Part shown: positions 51,395 to 63,120 of the stretch, one piece after another
Layout of the letters: the number at the start of each line of letters is the position of its first letter
Numbering within the stretch: position 1 is the stretch's first letter
Assembly: GCA_051294375.1 (NCBI GenBank)
Contig: CM119268.1
Span: forward strand, 5,331,313 to 5,395,312
Length of the DNA stretch: 64,000 nucleotides
Source: Paraspadella gotoi
Lineage: Eukaryota; Animalia; Chaetognatha
Direction of reading: 5' to 3'
Notes under the pieces: generated by a model
Databases searched by the model: none
Told to the model about the DNA's origin: nothing
What the model saw: only the letters and a program-made list of their open reading frames with translations
Program-made: the position numbers and the translations under genes

Positions 51395-52634
51395 TTGGTC
51401 TATGGGGGGGAGGGGAACATGGTGATTGGTCGAGGAAGGAGGGAGGTGCTTGGTCCGATTTATCTCTTGCGCTTTAAGTAAGAGAAAGGAAACAAAAGGG
51501 TAGATTTCTTGCTAAATCTTATTGGTTTTTTTTTTCAATTTTATACTTAACTGTTATGCGTCCACTGTTACATTTTTGTCCCATATTTTTGGGCGTTTGC
51601 TTTTAAAACACAAATGTCCGGGCGGGTTAAATCGATTTTTTGTCGAAAAACTCTTTTAATTTTAGTCTAGTATTTATTAAAATGTGAAATTTAATTTAAT
51701 AGGCTAATCATAATGATTTCTGTCCAAAATAGCGATCGAATTTTTTGGGTCAGGGCGACGACGGGTCATAGCTTCCCTTAAAACACCAAGGCTTCCAAAA
51801 AACTGTGGTGCTCTGGTCTTCACCTAATCAGTTTCCATATTTCAATTTCCATATACAATTAATTTTTATCTACAATAAGAGTTACCCTTGTTCCACCCTT
51901 GAGACTTTACCTCTAACCGATAGATGGGAGTCGAGTTTTCCATAATCCTTATCTGGTTTTCGGTTCTCTATTACAAACATTATGTCGAAGGATCCCGATG
52001 TTCATCTTTGAGAAAGAGAAAAACGGGGATTTCAGCGGATGTGCATTTCCTTGTCGCATTTCACGTGTAAACACTAGTCAAAAAAAAAAAAGGAATTCAC
52101 GACATTTCCATTTCATATTTTTTGTCATTGTCATCTTCATGTTCGCTTCGCTCCATTTTTAACGCACAGATTTCATCACCTCGTGATCACGCGCATTAAA
52201 CGAAACGAAAACACATTAGCAAAAAAAAAATACTGGTTCGGCAGCAAACGAATTTATTTGTCTTTTTAATTTTAACTTATCTTTTTTTCCGAGATTTACG
52301 CCCCGTCTTAATAAATATACGTAAAATATTAAAAATTTTTGCCATTTTTTTCTTTTTTAATGTATACAAACTTAGTCGATATATATTCATCAATTTGTTT
52401 TTCCCGGGGAAAATAAAATGATAATTCATGACTCTTGGCTAAATTTTACACGCGTTTTTTTTTTCTATCTTGTTTTAGCCGATGATGAATTTTTCGCGAG
52501 AATCTTGAAGTTTGGAATTCCCTCTCGAGGCGGTTTGGCCCGCGAGGTCATCTTCGCCCTTGACCGATAAAGCGAAAGAAACCAAAACATAAAATCGAAA
52601 CAAAAAGAAAACATTTTCCAAAATAAGAAATAAG

Positions 52635-55600
52635 ATGGCTGTAAAGTCTAACTTGAAGAAGCGTCTGCCCGCGCGACTCAAAGACGCCGCCGCCGAAGAC
52701 AAGTTCGAGGATCTTCTCGTCTTCGGTTACGCGGCCAAGATCTTTCCGGGCGACGACGAGAGAGCGAGATACGTCGATCAGGGTGAGTGTGGGTAGTGGA
52801 CCACTAGTGGTGAGGTGGTTTTGGAAGGGGATGGCGGAGTTATGGCGGCTACTGAGAACTTCGAATGACATGAACATTGAACAATGACAGAAGGAGACCT
52901 CCCACAAGAAACTGAATTATTTGTTTCGATCAATAAATCCTGCGACATTTACCTATGTTAAAACGACGTTCAGATCGAGATTGGTTTATTCTCAAACGGT
53001 AAAGCGATGACAACAATAATACGTCTGGTCAAATACGGGTCAAATACGGGTGCCACCGGCTCTACCTAATTATAATTTGCTTGTAACGCGGTGAGCCGGT
53101 GACTCTCTCTCTCCGGATTTCCTTCAGGCAAACATCTGATTCCGTGGATGGGCGACGTTCGTCTGATGGTTGATCGCTACGACGTCCGCGGTCACCTCAC
53201 CGATCTCTCCGAGTTCGACGGAGCCGGAGTGGGGAGTCGGAACGGATGGTCGGATCGGCTCACGGAGAAGGAGAGGGCCATCGAAGAGGCCTGCGATCAG
53301 GTTTCGCTTTTCGAGACACAGATTAGTCCTATTTAGATAAAGGGCCCATAGTCGAAATGACAATGAAATGACCCTCGTGTCTCACGGTTCACTTTGTCCA
53401 TTCTTAATCTTCGATCTTCACTTCTCCCAAATTCAGGAGCGCTACGCTGAACTTCAGTCGGACATCCGTGACCGCGCCACCTTCGAGGAGGAAGAGTTGA
53501 AGCGCCTTCACGAAAGCATACGCGCCGACGAAGAGGGCGCAGTCTTCTCTAGCGTTCCTTACGACTACGCCGCCGCCGCCGCCACCGCCGCCGCTGCTTC
53601 GAACGTTATCGACGGCGCCGGGTTTCGCCCGGACGCTACGCAAGGGGGCGTGCCAGTTTCCGGCGGCGGCGGTGAAGAGGACGAAGTCGGTGGCAGCGAA
53701 GAAGATTCGGACCCGATGGCAAACGAAGACGATGACGACGACGACGATCCTTACTCGCCGCCAGAGATCCTTAGGGTATTAAGATGTTCATTGTTCAATG
53801 CTTTTTAGGTCGAGGGAGTCATTTTTAAATCTTTGATATTTGATAAAATAAGATGTTTTTGTTAATGGTTTGCTATTTTTATAAAAAACGCTCTACCTCT
53901 TTCCCTTTCCTCTATCAATTTTCTATATCCCTTTTCTTGATCCCTTCATCCCTTTCCTCCATTCCTTTCCCTTTCCTCTATTTTCTATATCCCTTTTCTT
54001 GATCCCTTCCTCCCTTTCTCCTTCCTTTTCTCTTTCCCAATTTTGCCTCCTCCATTCTCTTTCTCCCTTTCCTCCTTCCTTTTCTCTTTCCCAATTTTGC
54101 CTCCTCCATTCCCTTCCTCCCTTTCCTCCTTCCCTTTCTCTTTCCCAATTTTGCCTCCTCCATTCCCTTCTTCCCTTTCCTCCTTCCTTTTCTCTTTCCC
54201 AATTTTGCCTCCTCCATTCCCTTCATCCCTCGCCAGGTTCCCCTCGGGATGCGAGTTCCGCGCGGAGTGAGGGAGAACGCGATCGTGGAGCGGACGGCCA
54301 TGTTCGTGGCGAAGCAGGGAGCACAGATGGAGTTCGTCATTAAGATGAAGCAGGTCTGGTTCTGTGAAATGCCGTCTTTTAATATTTGTTTGAATGTCTT
54401 CCATTCCGTTAGGGTTTTTTATGAAATTGGTGGATTTAGGCCTCCATCCTTCCATCCCACGGTCCAGTTCATAATCTCCCCTTGTGCTTGCCAATCAATC
54501 AATCACTCAATGCTTTCCCCCCCCTCTCCGTCTCTCCCCCTCCCTTTTGTCAATAGGCCGGAAAGAAACAGTTTGGTTTCCTCAACTTCGAACATCCTCT
54601 CCACTCCTACTACAAACACCTCGTCGTCGCCATCAAGGATCATCGTTACTTCCCCGATCTCCACGCCCTTCAACGAGACATTCGTCGCAAGTCCTCTTCG
54701 AAGCCCAAGAAGCGCCTGTCCGAGGACGGCGACGGCTCTGGCGCCGGTCTCGACGAGAGCGGCGAATACTATCTGCACCCGAGCCTCGGCGGGGCGGGGC
54801 CTTCCGCTCAGCCCTCGAACGAACCGCCTCGCCCGCCGTCGCCGCTTCTCAATCTCCCGAAGATCTCGGCGCATCAGATGAAGAACACCGCCTACGGGCA
54901 ACTCTTGGCCAAGATAAGGACGATAGGCGGTGTTGGCGGTGCCGCTGGCGTGGCGAGCGCCGTGCCCTCCGTGGTTAATCAAATCCCACCTAAAACTAGA
55001 GATTTGGAAGAGGAAGAGGAGGCGGTCAACGGACCTTCAAACGCGGAATCGACGCCGCTAATCGGCAAAGACGGCGCCTGTTCCGCCGAATGGAATCCGG
55101 CGACGGAAGCCGCTTCCTTGGAGGAGGAGTCTACGTCGTCCGTCCCCGGCGTCGGCGGTTACATCCCTCCCGGCGCTTTGACTTCTCTTCCCCCTGGTTA
55201 CATCCCTCCTCCGCCGACGATATTGACGACTACGTTACCAAGCGAGGAAGATTCGACGTCGCCGGCCCCTCCGCCACCGCCGCCGCCGCCTCAGTCTCAG
55301 CAAGACGATCAAACTGACGCAGCGGCGTCGAATCTCCTCGAATCTTACTCTTCCGATCCCGCAGCTTACGCCGCTTATCAAGCCGCTGCTGCGGCGGCCG
55401 CGGCAACCTCTGGCGATCAACAGCAGCAGCAGCAAACTTTCTCCTCTTATTACGAGGCTTATTATCGAGGGTACAGCGGGGAGGCTGTCGACTCTTATTC
55501 TTCTGGTATGTCAGAATTTAATATTGTTTAAATCTTTTATTTTTAAAATGTATTGTTTATGGCGCGGGCTTTACGAACAAACCTCACATGCCAGGGTGGC

Positions 55601-58600
55601 AATCTGAGGAAAGACCTCATCTCATGATCTTATGGGAAGCGAGAGGACGGCTGTAAACAGTCTTTTAGGATTTAGCGCCCTCTCTGGCCTGGTTTTTTAA
55701 TACTTCAGAACCTGTTCCAAGGCCGTTGGAGGAACTTAATGAAGTTACAGATATTCGACACTTAGCGCCTTTTCTACATATCTATTATTCAATTTTACAT
55801 ATTTATTATCAATTATCAATTATTTATCTATTTAGGCTGCCAATTTTTAAACTAACTTCCTCCTCAATTCATTTTCCTTCTAGCAGACGCCTCCACCGGT
55901 TATTCCTCCGCCTACCTCCAGCCCTTCCCTCCTCAGCCCCCTCCCCCACCCCCCAACCCCCACGGCTTCAAACTGCCCCCCGCCGAGATCCAGCCAGTCA
56001 TCGACAAGATGGCGGCCTACGTCGCCAAAAACGGCGTCGAGTTCGAGATGACCGTCCGCGCCAAACGTGACCCGAGATTCCAGTTTTTGGAGGCGGAGCA
56101 CGAGTTCCACGCTTATTACCTCAAGGCAAGTTGGGTGGCTTGTTTTTTATTATTGTGTGTGCAAGAGAAAATAAAAGAAAACCGAAAGGGATAGAAGGTC
56201 CTCACGCTTCTCGCAGGGTTCGATCCCGGTACCTAATCGTTATGAGCCGATGGTATTGTAAGAGATAGATTCTTAGAATAATACTAAATGAGATTGAGAT
56301 TTCATCAATCTCGTTTGCATATAGTAGTAAATCACGACTGAAGGCTTATAGGCGGGGTAAAACCCGTCTACATTTATACATATATTTTATTTTAGCATTT
56401 TCAAATCATTTTTTCTCAGGAAAAAGACTCTTGCGTGAAGAAGATGGAGGAGGAGCGTCTCGAGGAGGCAGCTGCTGCCGCCGCGGCTGAGGCGGCGGCG
56501 CGCGAGGAGGCGGAGTTGGTCAAGAAGAGACTCAAGTCGATCAAGTTTTCTTTGAAGAAGAAAGAGACGGAGTCGCCGATTTTGGCAGAGAATCTCGGCG
56601 TCGCCTCCAAGCTCGGTCAGGACGAGGAAGACGAGGGGGAGGAAGAAGAAGAGGAAGAGGAGGAAGAAGAAGATGGAAGGGAGGAAGAGGGAAAGGAGGA
56701 GGAAGTGAGAGCGCCGGGAACCACCCCGCCCAAAGCGACGCCGGCATTAGCGCTGACATCGACGACGCCGATTGGATTCTCTCCTTCGGCGTGGAAGAAA
56801 GTGGAGGAAGTGGAGAGCGGCGCCTCTGAAATGGGCGTGGCTGAAGTCGGTTTGGTTGAAGAGAACGAAGACGACTCCGGAGATGTTGACGCCGTTGCGG
56901 AAATGTTCGTCCAGGCTTCGGCCGATCGAGATAGGGAAGAGAGAGAGCAAGCGATGAAGGAGCTAGCAGCGAAAGAGCAGCAGTTAAAGGAGCAAGCGGC
57001 CAAAGAGCAAGAGTTGAAGGAGCAAGCGGAAATGGAGCAGCTGTTGAAGGAGCAAGCGGTAAAGGAGCAGCAAATAAAGGAGCAAGCGGCAAAGGAGCAG
57101 CTCGCGAACGAGCAGAGCGCAAAGGAACAAGCGACCAAGGAGCAGCTGTTAAAGGATCGATTGGCCGCCGCCGCCAGAGAGAAACTCCGCGCCCACACCG
57201 CCGCCATCGCCGCCGTGACAGCGGCCGGCGGCGTTACAACGACTACTTCGTCCCAGTCTCCGCCCAAACCCGCCTCCGCCGCCAATTTGCAGCTGGAACG
57301 CAAAAAGAAGGCCGCACTCTTCGCCGCTCTGCTCAAAGAGGGCGGACCCGATAAGACCGCCTCCGTCTTGGCGGCCGCCGCTAATTTAAAGTCGGAAGAG
57401 GTCGCAAAGGTTAAGGAAGCGAAGTCGACGACGACGACGAAAACGACAACAACGACGACTAGGGGCGAAGAAGAGATCGTTAATCCGGTGCTGACGATGA
57501 CTGACGGAGTTTTCGAAGACGCCACGACAACAACGACAACAACGACGACGACGACGGCGGAATCGGAATCTCCTCCTTCGTCTCCCTCCGCCTCCGTCGC
57601 CTCTCCCGCCGTCATCGTCCTCGACGACGACGACAACAACGACCACGCCCCTTCCTCTTCATCCTCTCGCCGGAATTCACCGCATCGATCCTCCTCGTCC
57701 GCCAGAGACAAAAAGCACAAGTCGGATCGGCATCATCACCATCATCATCATCATCACAAAAAGTCGCGGCATCGATCGAGGTCGCGATCGCCCGTCGAGG
57801 GGAAGGTGAGGGAGGGGGTGGTGAAAGGGGTTGAAAGCGAAGTTAACGTGAAGGGAAGAAAAGGGTGGGAAAATTGGGTAGGAATAAAAGAGTAAGAAGC
57901 TGAGCGAAAATCAATGATTTCCCTCTTTTTTGTTTTTTCTTTTTTCCTTTTATTTTTGATTCTTTTCTTTTTTTCTTTTTTTTATTTTCCTTTTTTCCCC
58001 CTTTTTTTCTTTTCATTTTTTCTCCATATCCTTCACTCTTTTTCTTTAACTTCATTATTATTATCCCTCCCCTATCTCTCTCCGTGACCCTTCCCTCTCT
58101 CTCTCCCCCTTCCCTCTCATCTTTCCCCCTCTCCTGTCTTCCCCTCCCCTTTTTCTCTCTCCCCTCTCTCTTCCCAGGTCAACAAAAAGAAAAAGAAGCG
58201 TCGCTCCCGATCCCGCACTCCCCCGTCCGCTTACGCCGATCACAGACGTCGCTCTCCCTCGCCCCTCCCCGTTAAACGTCGCCGTCGTTCCCGGTCGCCA
58301 TGGCAACCGATCCGGCAGCGACGCCGAGATCGAACCGGCGCGTCGAGGACGCCCTCGCCTACGGCGCCGAGGAGACGAACGTCGCCGGCGCGACGCCGGA
58401 CTCCGTCGCCGCTCGCCGAGAGAGACGTGACGTTGGCGTCGTTATCGTCGACGTTGCTGTCGTCGTCGTCGTCGTCGCGCTCTTCCAAAACCAAGCTCGC
58501 GTCCGCCGTTCGCAAATCCGCGCCGGAAGATGGCGCCGAGTCGTCGAGACTCTCCCGCGGCGTCGTCAGCGGCGGCGTTCAGGACTCTGCCTCGAATTCC

Positions 58601-58786
58601 GGCTCGGATTCGCCACCGGCGCCGAGCTTCACCAAAGCGAGAAAAGAGGCTGGCGTTTCTAAGTCTTCGACGCCATTGTCGACACAACGATCCTCTCCCG
58701 CGCCGGGACTCGACGAAACGAGCGGAGAGAGCGACTTCCGGTTGAGAATTCGCGCGTTGCTGGCGAAGAGAACGACGACGACGTGA
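52635..58786 (+). CDS. SFSWAP: Splicing factor suppressor of white-apricot homolog; exons approx. 52635-52782, 53128-53300, 53437-53775, 54237-54353, 54557-55505, 55884-56125, 56420-57805, 58178-58786
   Basis: DRY_EERY domain ([36 protein letters not shown]), two SURP/SWAP domains ([22 protein letters not shown]; [23 protein letters not shown]), [14 protein letters not shown]-rich tail. Confidence 0.93.
54007..54222. repeat. Pyrimidine-rich minisatellite, 4 x 54 bp, directly upstream of the SFSWAP exon 4 acceptor
   Basis: TTTCTCTTTCCCAATTTTGCCTCCTCCATTC recurs with period 54 (CCCAA at 54036, 54090, and onward). Confidence 0.9.
56195..56370 (+). mobile_element. Second tRNA-SINE-like family fragment (related copy at about 16555-16625, minus strand)
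   Basis: B box GGTTCGATCCCGG followed by TACCT; the motifs CCCGGTACCT and TAAATMACGACTGARGG are shared with the reverse complement of 16555-16625. Confidence 0.4.
56960..57155 (+). repeat. Coding 30-bp repeat ([10 protein letters not shown]-like, about 6 copies) in SFSWAP exon 7
   Basis: AAAGAGCAG..TTAAAGGAGCAAGCG repeats translate to a periodic KEQ coiled-coil segment. Confidence 0.8.
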
Positions 58787-59354
58787 CCAAACGCGCGCCG
58801 CTCGGCATGGGGGGGTGGGTTGGGGGAGCGTCGGTCGCAGGAAGGGCGGGGTGGGTTTGTTACGTGGATCTTTATCAGTTTAAATTGTTTAATATTTTAT
58901 TTTAATCTCTTTCGCCATTCTTTCTTTAACAAATCGCGATTTGGCGGGAAGAGGGGAATAGAGTTTGTCTTTGTATTTCGTTTTTTTTTTAACTTGAAAT
59001 AATTCAGTTTTAATTAAGACTTGATAGTTTATACTGTTTAGTGTTCTTTGAAAATTTGTTTTCGTGCGAATTTGATTGGACTAAAATTAAACTTGACTTT
59101 TGGCAAATGTGGAATCTTTTTTTCCTACCTTTCCTGATTTGTCTTTTTCTTTTTTAAGGCGTCATTCGTCTACTTAATGCGCGCATTTGATGTTTTCCAT
59201 TTTTTTTTTTTTTTTTTTTTTTGCAAATTTTATTGAGTTTTTACGAGTGTATACCGAAATAGATTATAAGGAGAATGTATTCCAGCAAAATTCGTCCTTA
59301 TTTTTCAAAGCCGACTCGGCTATGAAAGAATTAGAAATGTGTTAAACTCAATAA

Positions 59355-60018
59355 GGCGTAGTAAAATTTCTAAATTTAACTTTAATTAAAATTCTAAAAG
59401 TGAGGAACAAACAATATTATACTAATGAACATTTATGTAATAAAAAAATTTATAATAAATTTTACAATTTACGCAGTCGGCCATATTTATACTAGTACTA
59501 AACCAATAAATGTTAAAATTTCAAAACAGTTTTTTCTAAGACTTTTTTGCAGATTTAGATTCGTCATAAAAAGTTGATAAAAATAAATATAACTCTTTTT
59601 GAAAAATTCTTTCATTAAGTGGGTCAAAAATTAAGAAAAACTATATTTCAAACTGAAAATTAACTTTTTATATATTAAAAATAGTTTTTTTAATTTTTAA
59701 CCTACTTAATGAAAGAATTTTTAAAAATGATTTATATTTTCTTTTATCAACTTTTGACGAGGAATTCAAATCTGCAATCAAAATTAAGAAAAGCCTATTT
59801 TAAAAATTTTCGATTTTATATATGTGTTTTATTCGTTTACAACAATTAGTTGAAACAGTACATTCAATACATTTTATAAGGATAGTACTATATATAAATA
59901 TAGCCTACTGCGAAAATTCAAAAACATAAAATGAATTTTTTTTACAAATTAATGTTCACTGATGGTATGTTGTTCATAATTGACTTTTAGAATTTTCGTA
60001 TGTAACTTTCACTACGTC
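59355..60018. mobile_element. Palindromic MITE, Kolobok-like (A/T)TAA flanks
   Basis: ATAA|GGCGTAGTAAAA ... TTTCACTACGTC|TTAA; internal mirror blocks AAATTCTAAAAGT/ACTTTTAGAATTT, TGCAGATTT/AAATCTGCA, AAAATTCTTTCATTAAGT/ACTTAATGAAAGAATTTT. Confidence 0.7.
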
Positions 60019-61526
60019 TTAATCCTCAAGGATAACAAGCTAGATGCAACCGGAGCTCAATTTAAAAGCTGGTTTCCTTTTCGTTTTAGCTAAGGAATCC
60101 TCTGACTACAAGCTAACTTATGCATGTCGGCATTTCTTCTAAAATTAATTCAAAGACCGGAACGAAAATAAAAACGCGATTTTAAGGGATGTGGCACGAT
60201 CAAAATGTCTTCTATTTCATTAAGAATAGTTTTATTTAAACGAAAGAAACAGGATTGAAAACAGAAAGCAGACTCGACTTTAAATTTTGGTTGTTTTTTT
60301 GTTTTTTTTTGGCTGAACAAGGATTCTATATGCTCATTACATATTATACGTATTATACGCTAAAGGAGAATTTACAACGGTACTACAGAGTTGGTAATCT
60401 CATTCGATTTCGTTATAAGCTCGTACAGGTCAATACGTTTAAACGAAAACCGGGGGGGGGGAAGGCGGTCGGAATACAAAGCAGTCGATTTTTTTTTTTT
60501 GATAACCAATTAGCGATAAACAATTGTACCAACAATGAAAAATAAAACAAGTGTCATGGCAACGGGGTTTTTTGTTGTTGTTGTTGTTTTAATAGTAGGG
60601 ACGGGGGGGAGGGGCGTAAACGAATTTTTGTTTTAGAAATAAGGGGGAAAGGAAGAATTATTTTCTAATTATTTACTGGATTTAATTTATGGTTTACTTA
60701 AGAGATCTTTCATGGATTAACGTGTTTTTTTTTGTTTTGTTGTTTTGTTGTTTTTTTTGCAAGATACAAATGGTACAGTAATGCGAAGAACACAACAAAT
60801 GAAACCGACGATTTTTTTTATTTTACCATAACGATGATACAGAGAATACGTTTTTGTAAACGGTATAATAGCCTAATCATGATAATACATTTAATAATTT
60901 TGAGTATCTCAACTATTGACGGAATTAGCTAGCAGTGTGACCAAATAAATTTAATTCTTTCGTTGATTTTTTTTTTAAAAACAAGTTCGATGTATATACT
61001 ATAGGTGGCACCTTTGTTTGTTTCGATATATAACTTTATCAAAGTATAACACCGGTTATTAAGTTTCTAAGATTACTCTGCCATAATTTTTTTGGGGGGA
61101 AAAAACAATGAAATTTCCTACACTTTCAGTTCGTACAACAAAATACGTACTGCGAGAAGAATCAACATTTTGGCAATGCAACGCAATGTAAATTAACGAT
61201 AATGTGTATATTTCTAATTTTTGGCTTTTTTTTTTCCAACGGAGAATTTAAAAAAAAGTCCGTCCCAATCTCTTGCCGTCTTCTTTTACTCAAATCCCCA
61301 TCGCCTACGAAGCTTTTGTTTGTGACGCTATTTTTTTTTCTCCTCGGTAGACGGCGCTGGCAAAGTTTTGGTCTCAGTGTTTCGAACGAAAGATGTTCGC
61401 AGGATTTTGGAGTATTAAAGTTTGTAAGTTTTCTCCGTCGAGCAGTAAGACTGTAGAAGCCAGTGGACAGGGGACGGTTTCGTAGATTTTCAACTCTTTT
61501 TCCTTTAAATCTTTTGTTTTCTTCGT

Positions 61527-61648
61527 TCATTTTTCTTTTCTCCGACAGGCGGCGCGACGGATGGCGGCTTCGACGAGAATGACGACGAGTTCGACGAGAG
61601 AGATGAGACTCGCGCCGATGAAGAGCGGCATGGCGATGAACGCGTCAC
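61527..61648 (-). CDS. Terminal exon (TM2 and short tail) of a DEG/ENaC/ASIC/pickpocket-family channel subunit; upstream exons not found in the window
   Basis: Minus strand: acceptor cccgccaatcag| then (G)DAFIAMPLFIGASLISLVELVVILVEAAIRRAACRRKEK*; LFIGAS..xxxEL is the DEG/ENaC TM2 GAS selectivity-filter motif. GC-rich island like the other exons. Confidence 0.7.
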
Positions 61649-62618
61649 CTGATTGGCGGGAGGGGGGGGGAGAAATTGGTTGATTGGATTGATTTGATTT
61701 GGAAATGATTGATTGTGGAGATTCCCTTTGCCGACCTGATTTTATAAAGAATATGATTTCCTCACATTGTTAAAGAAATAAAGTTCAAATGGAGTGAAAA
61801 TCTTTATTTTCAACAACTCGGAAGCCCGGAATATAAAATCTCGATATCTCTCTTACAAATCTTTATAAATAAGGGTTCAATATTAAGGTTAAACCAGAAT
61901 CGGGGCGCTTTTGGAATTGGAAGTCAATCTCTTTCCCTCGCGCAAAACTCTCCGAATTCCCGAAATCCTCTAATGGCGTCGTTTTCGTCTCTGATGTCTT
62001 CACTACTTTAAATTACTTCTAATCACCTCATTACCTTAAATTGGCTTTAACTCCCCTCCCGGTCTCCCACTCCCCACTCCCCACCACCGACCACCCTCCG
62101 ACCCGCAGCTGCCCTCTGCAGCGTCTACCGTCGTTTTGGCGTGCGGGCTTGTTCCTGCTGTATGTACAGCCTCTTCGTACGGTATGTCGATGTACGTGCG
62201 TAAATTCGGAGTGTACGTCAACCCAATGGTTATAATTTGGGAGTTAGGGTTTGAGGGTTAATTTCGGAAAGAAAAAGAAATAATTAGAAGAAAAAGAAAA
62301 GAAAAAGAATAAGAAAAAGAATAAAAAAGAAAAAGATAAGAAAAAAGGTTTCGATTGTCAAATCTGCTTCCGTCGGCGATTTTTTTCTCCCTCCGTCTTT
62401 TCTTCTCTCCCTTTCCTTTCCTTTTATCCTTTTTTCCTTTTTCCTTCTTCCCCTCGCAAATCCCTCTCGCGGTCAGATAAAAAAAGGCGGTGGCCGAGGT
62501 GGCGTAGGGTGTTATGGTGACCCCCGGTCGCCTTAAAGGGGTCAGCGGTCAAAGGTGACCCTTTTTACGCCCTCGCGCCGCCACTTTTCCTCCCCTTTTC
62601 TCCTTTACGTCTGTCTCT

Positions 62619-62619
<1 letters not shown>

Positions 62620-62656
<37 letters not shown>

Positions 62657-63120
62657 CTCCTCTCTCTCTCTCTCTCTCTCTTCTCTCTTTCTTTCTCTCT
62701 CTCTCTTCTCTCCTCTTTCTTTCTTTCTCTCTCTCTCTCTCTGGTCTTTCTCTGCAAATGTCGTCAGGGCCATTGGTTTCGCCATAGAAAACGGTTTTTC
62801 CGTCTGTTTATTCTTTCCTTTTCTCCACAGATCCTCCCCATCTCTCTCTCTCTCTCTCTCTCTCGCTCTCTCTCTCATCCCTCTCTCTGTATGTCGATTC
62901 CTCTCTCTGTTCCCTCTCCATGGCTCACCCCTTACTCTACTACTGTCTGTCTTCTCTGCTGCTTCATCTCTTCTCTGTCTCTCTCATCTCTCTCTCTCTT
63001 CTCTCTTCTCTCTCTCTCGCTCGTTCGGTCTGCTCTCTCTCTCTCTCCTCTCCTCTCCTTTTTTTTTTTTCTCTGCTTTTATTGCTCTTTCTTTCTCTCA
63101 CTCTCTCTCAATTTTTCTTC
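62620..63120. repeat. (CT)n microsatellite/low-complexity tract, probably intronic in the minus-strand channel gene
   Basis: Long CT dinucleotide runs; ORFs here are ER/LS low-complexity artefacts. Confidence 0.9.

Noticed and set aside
8558-58745. Many long antisense and alternate-frame ORFs overlapping exons (e.g. 8614-9369, 11378-12088, 36556-37215, 56617-57720)
   Set aside because: Shadow ORFs caused by GC-rich, stop-poor codon usage; no recognisable domains.
62036-62235. GC-rich patch as an upstream exon of the DEG/ENaC gene
   Set aside because: No convincing splice sites or channel-like translation in any minus frame.
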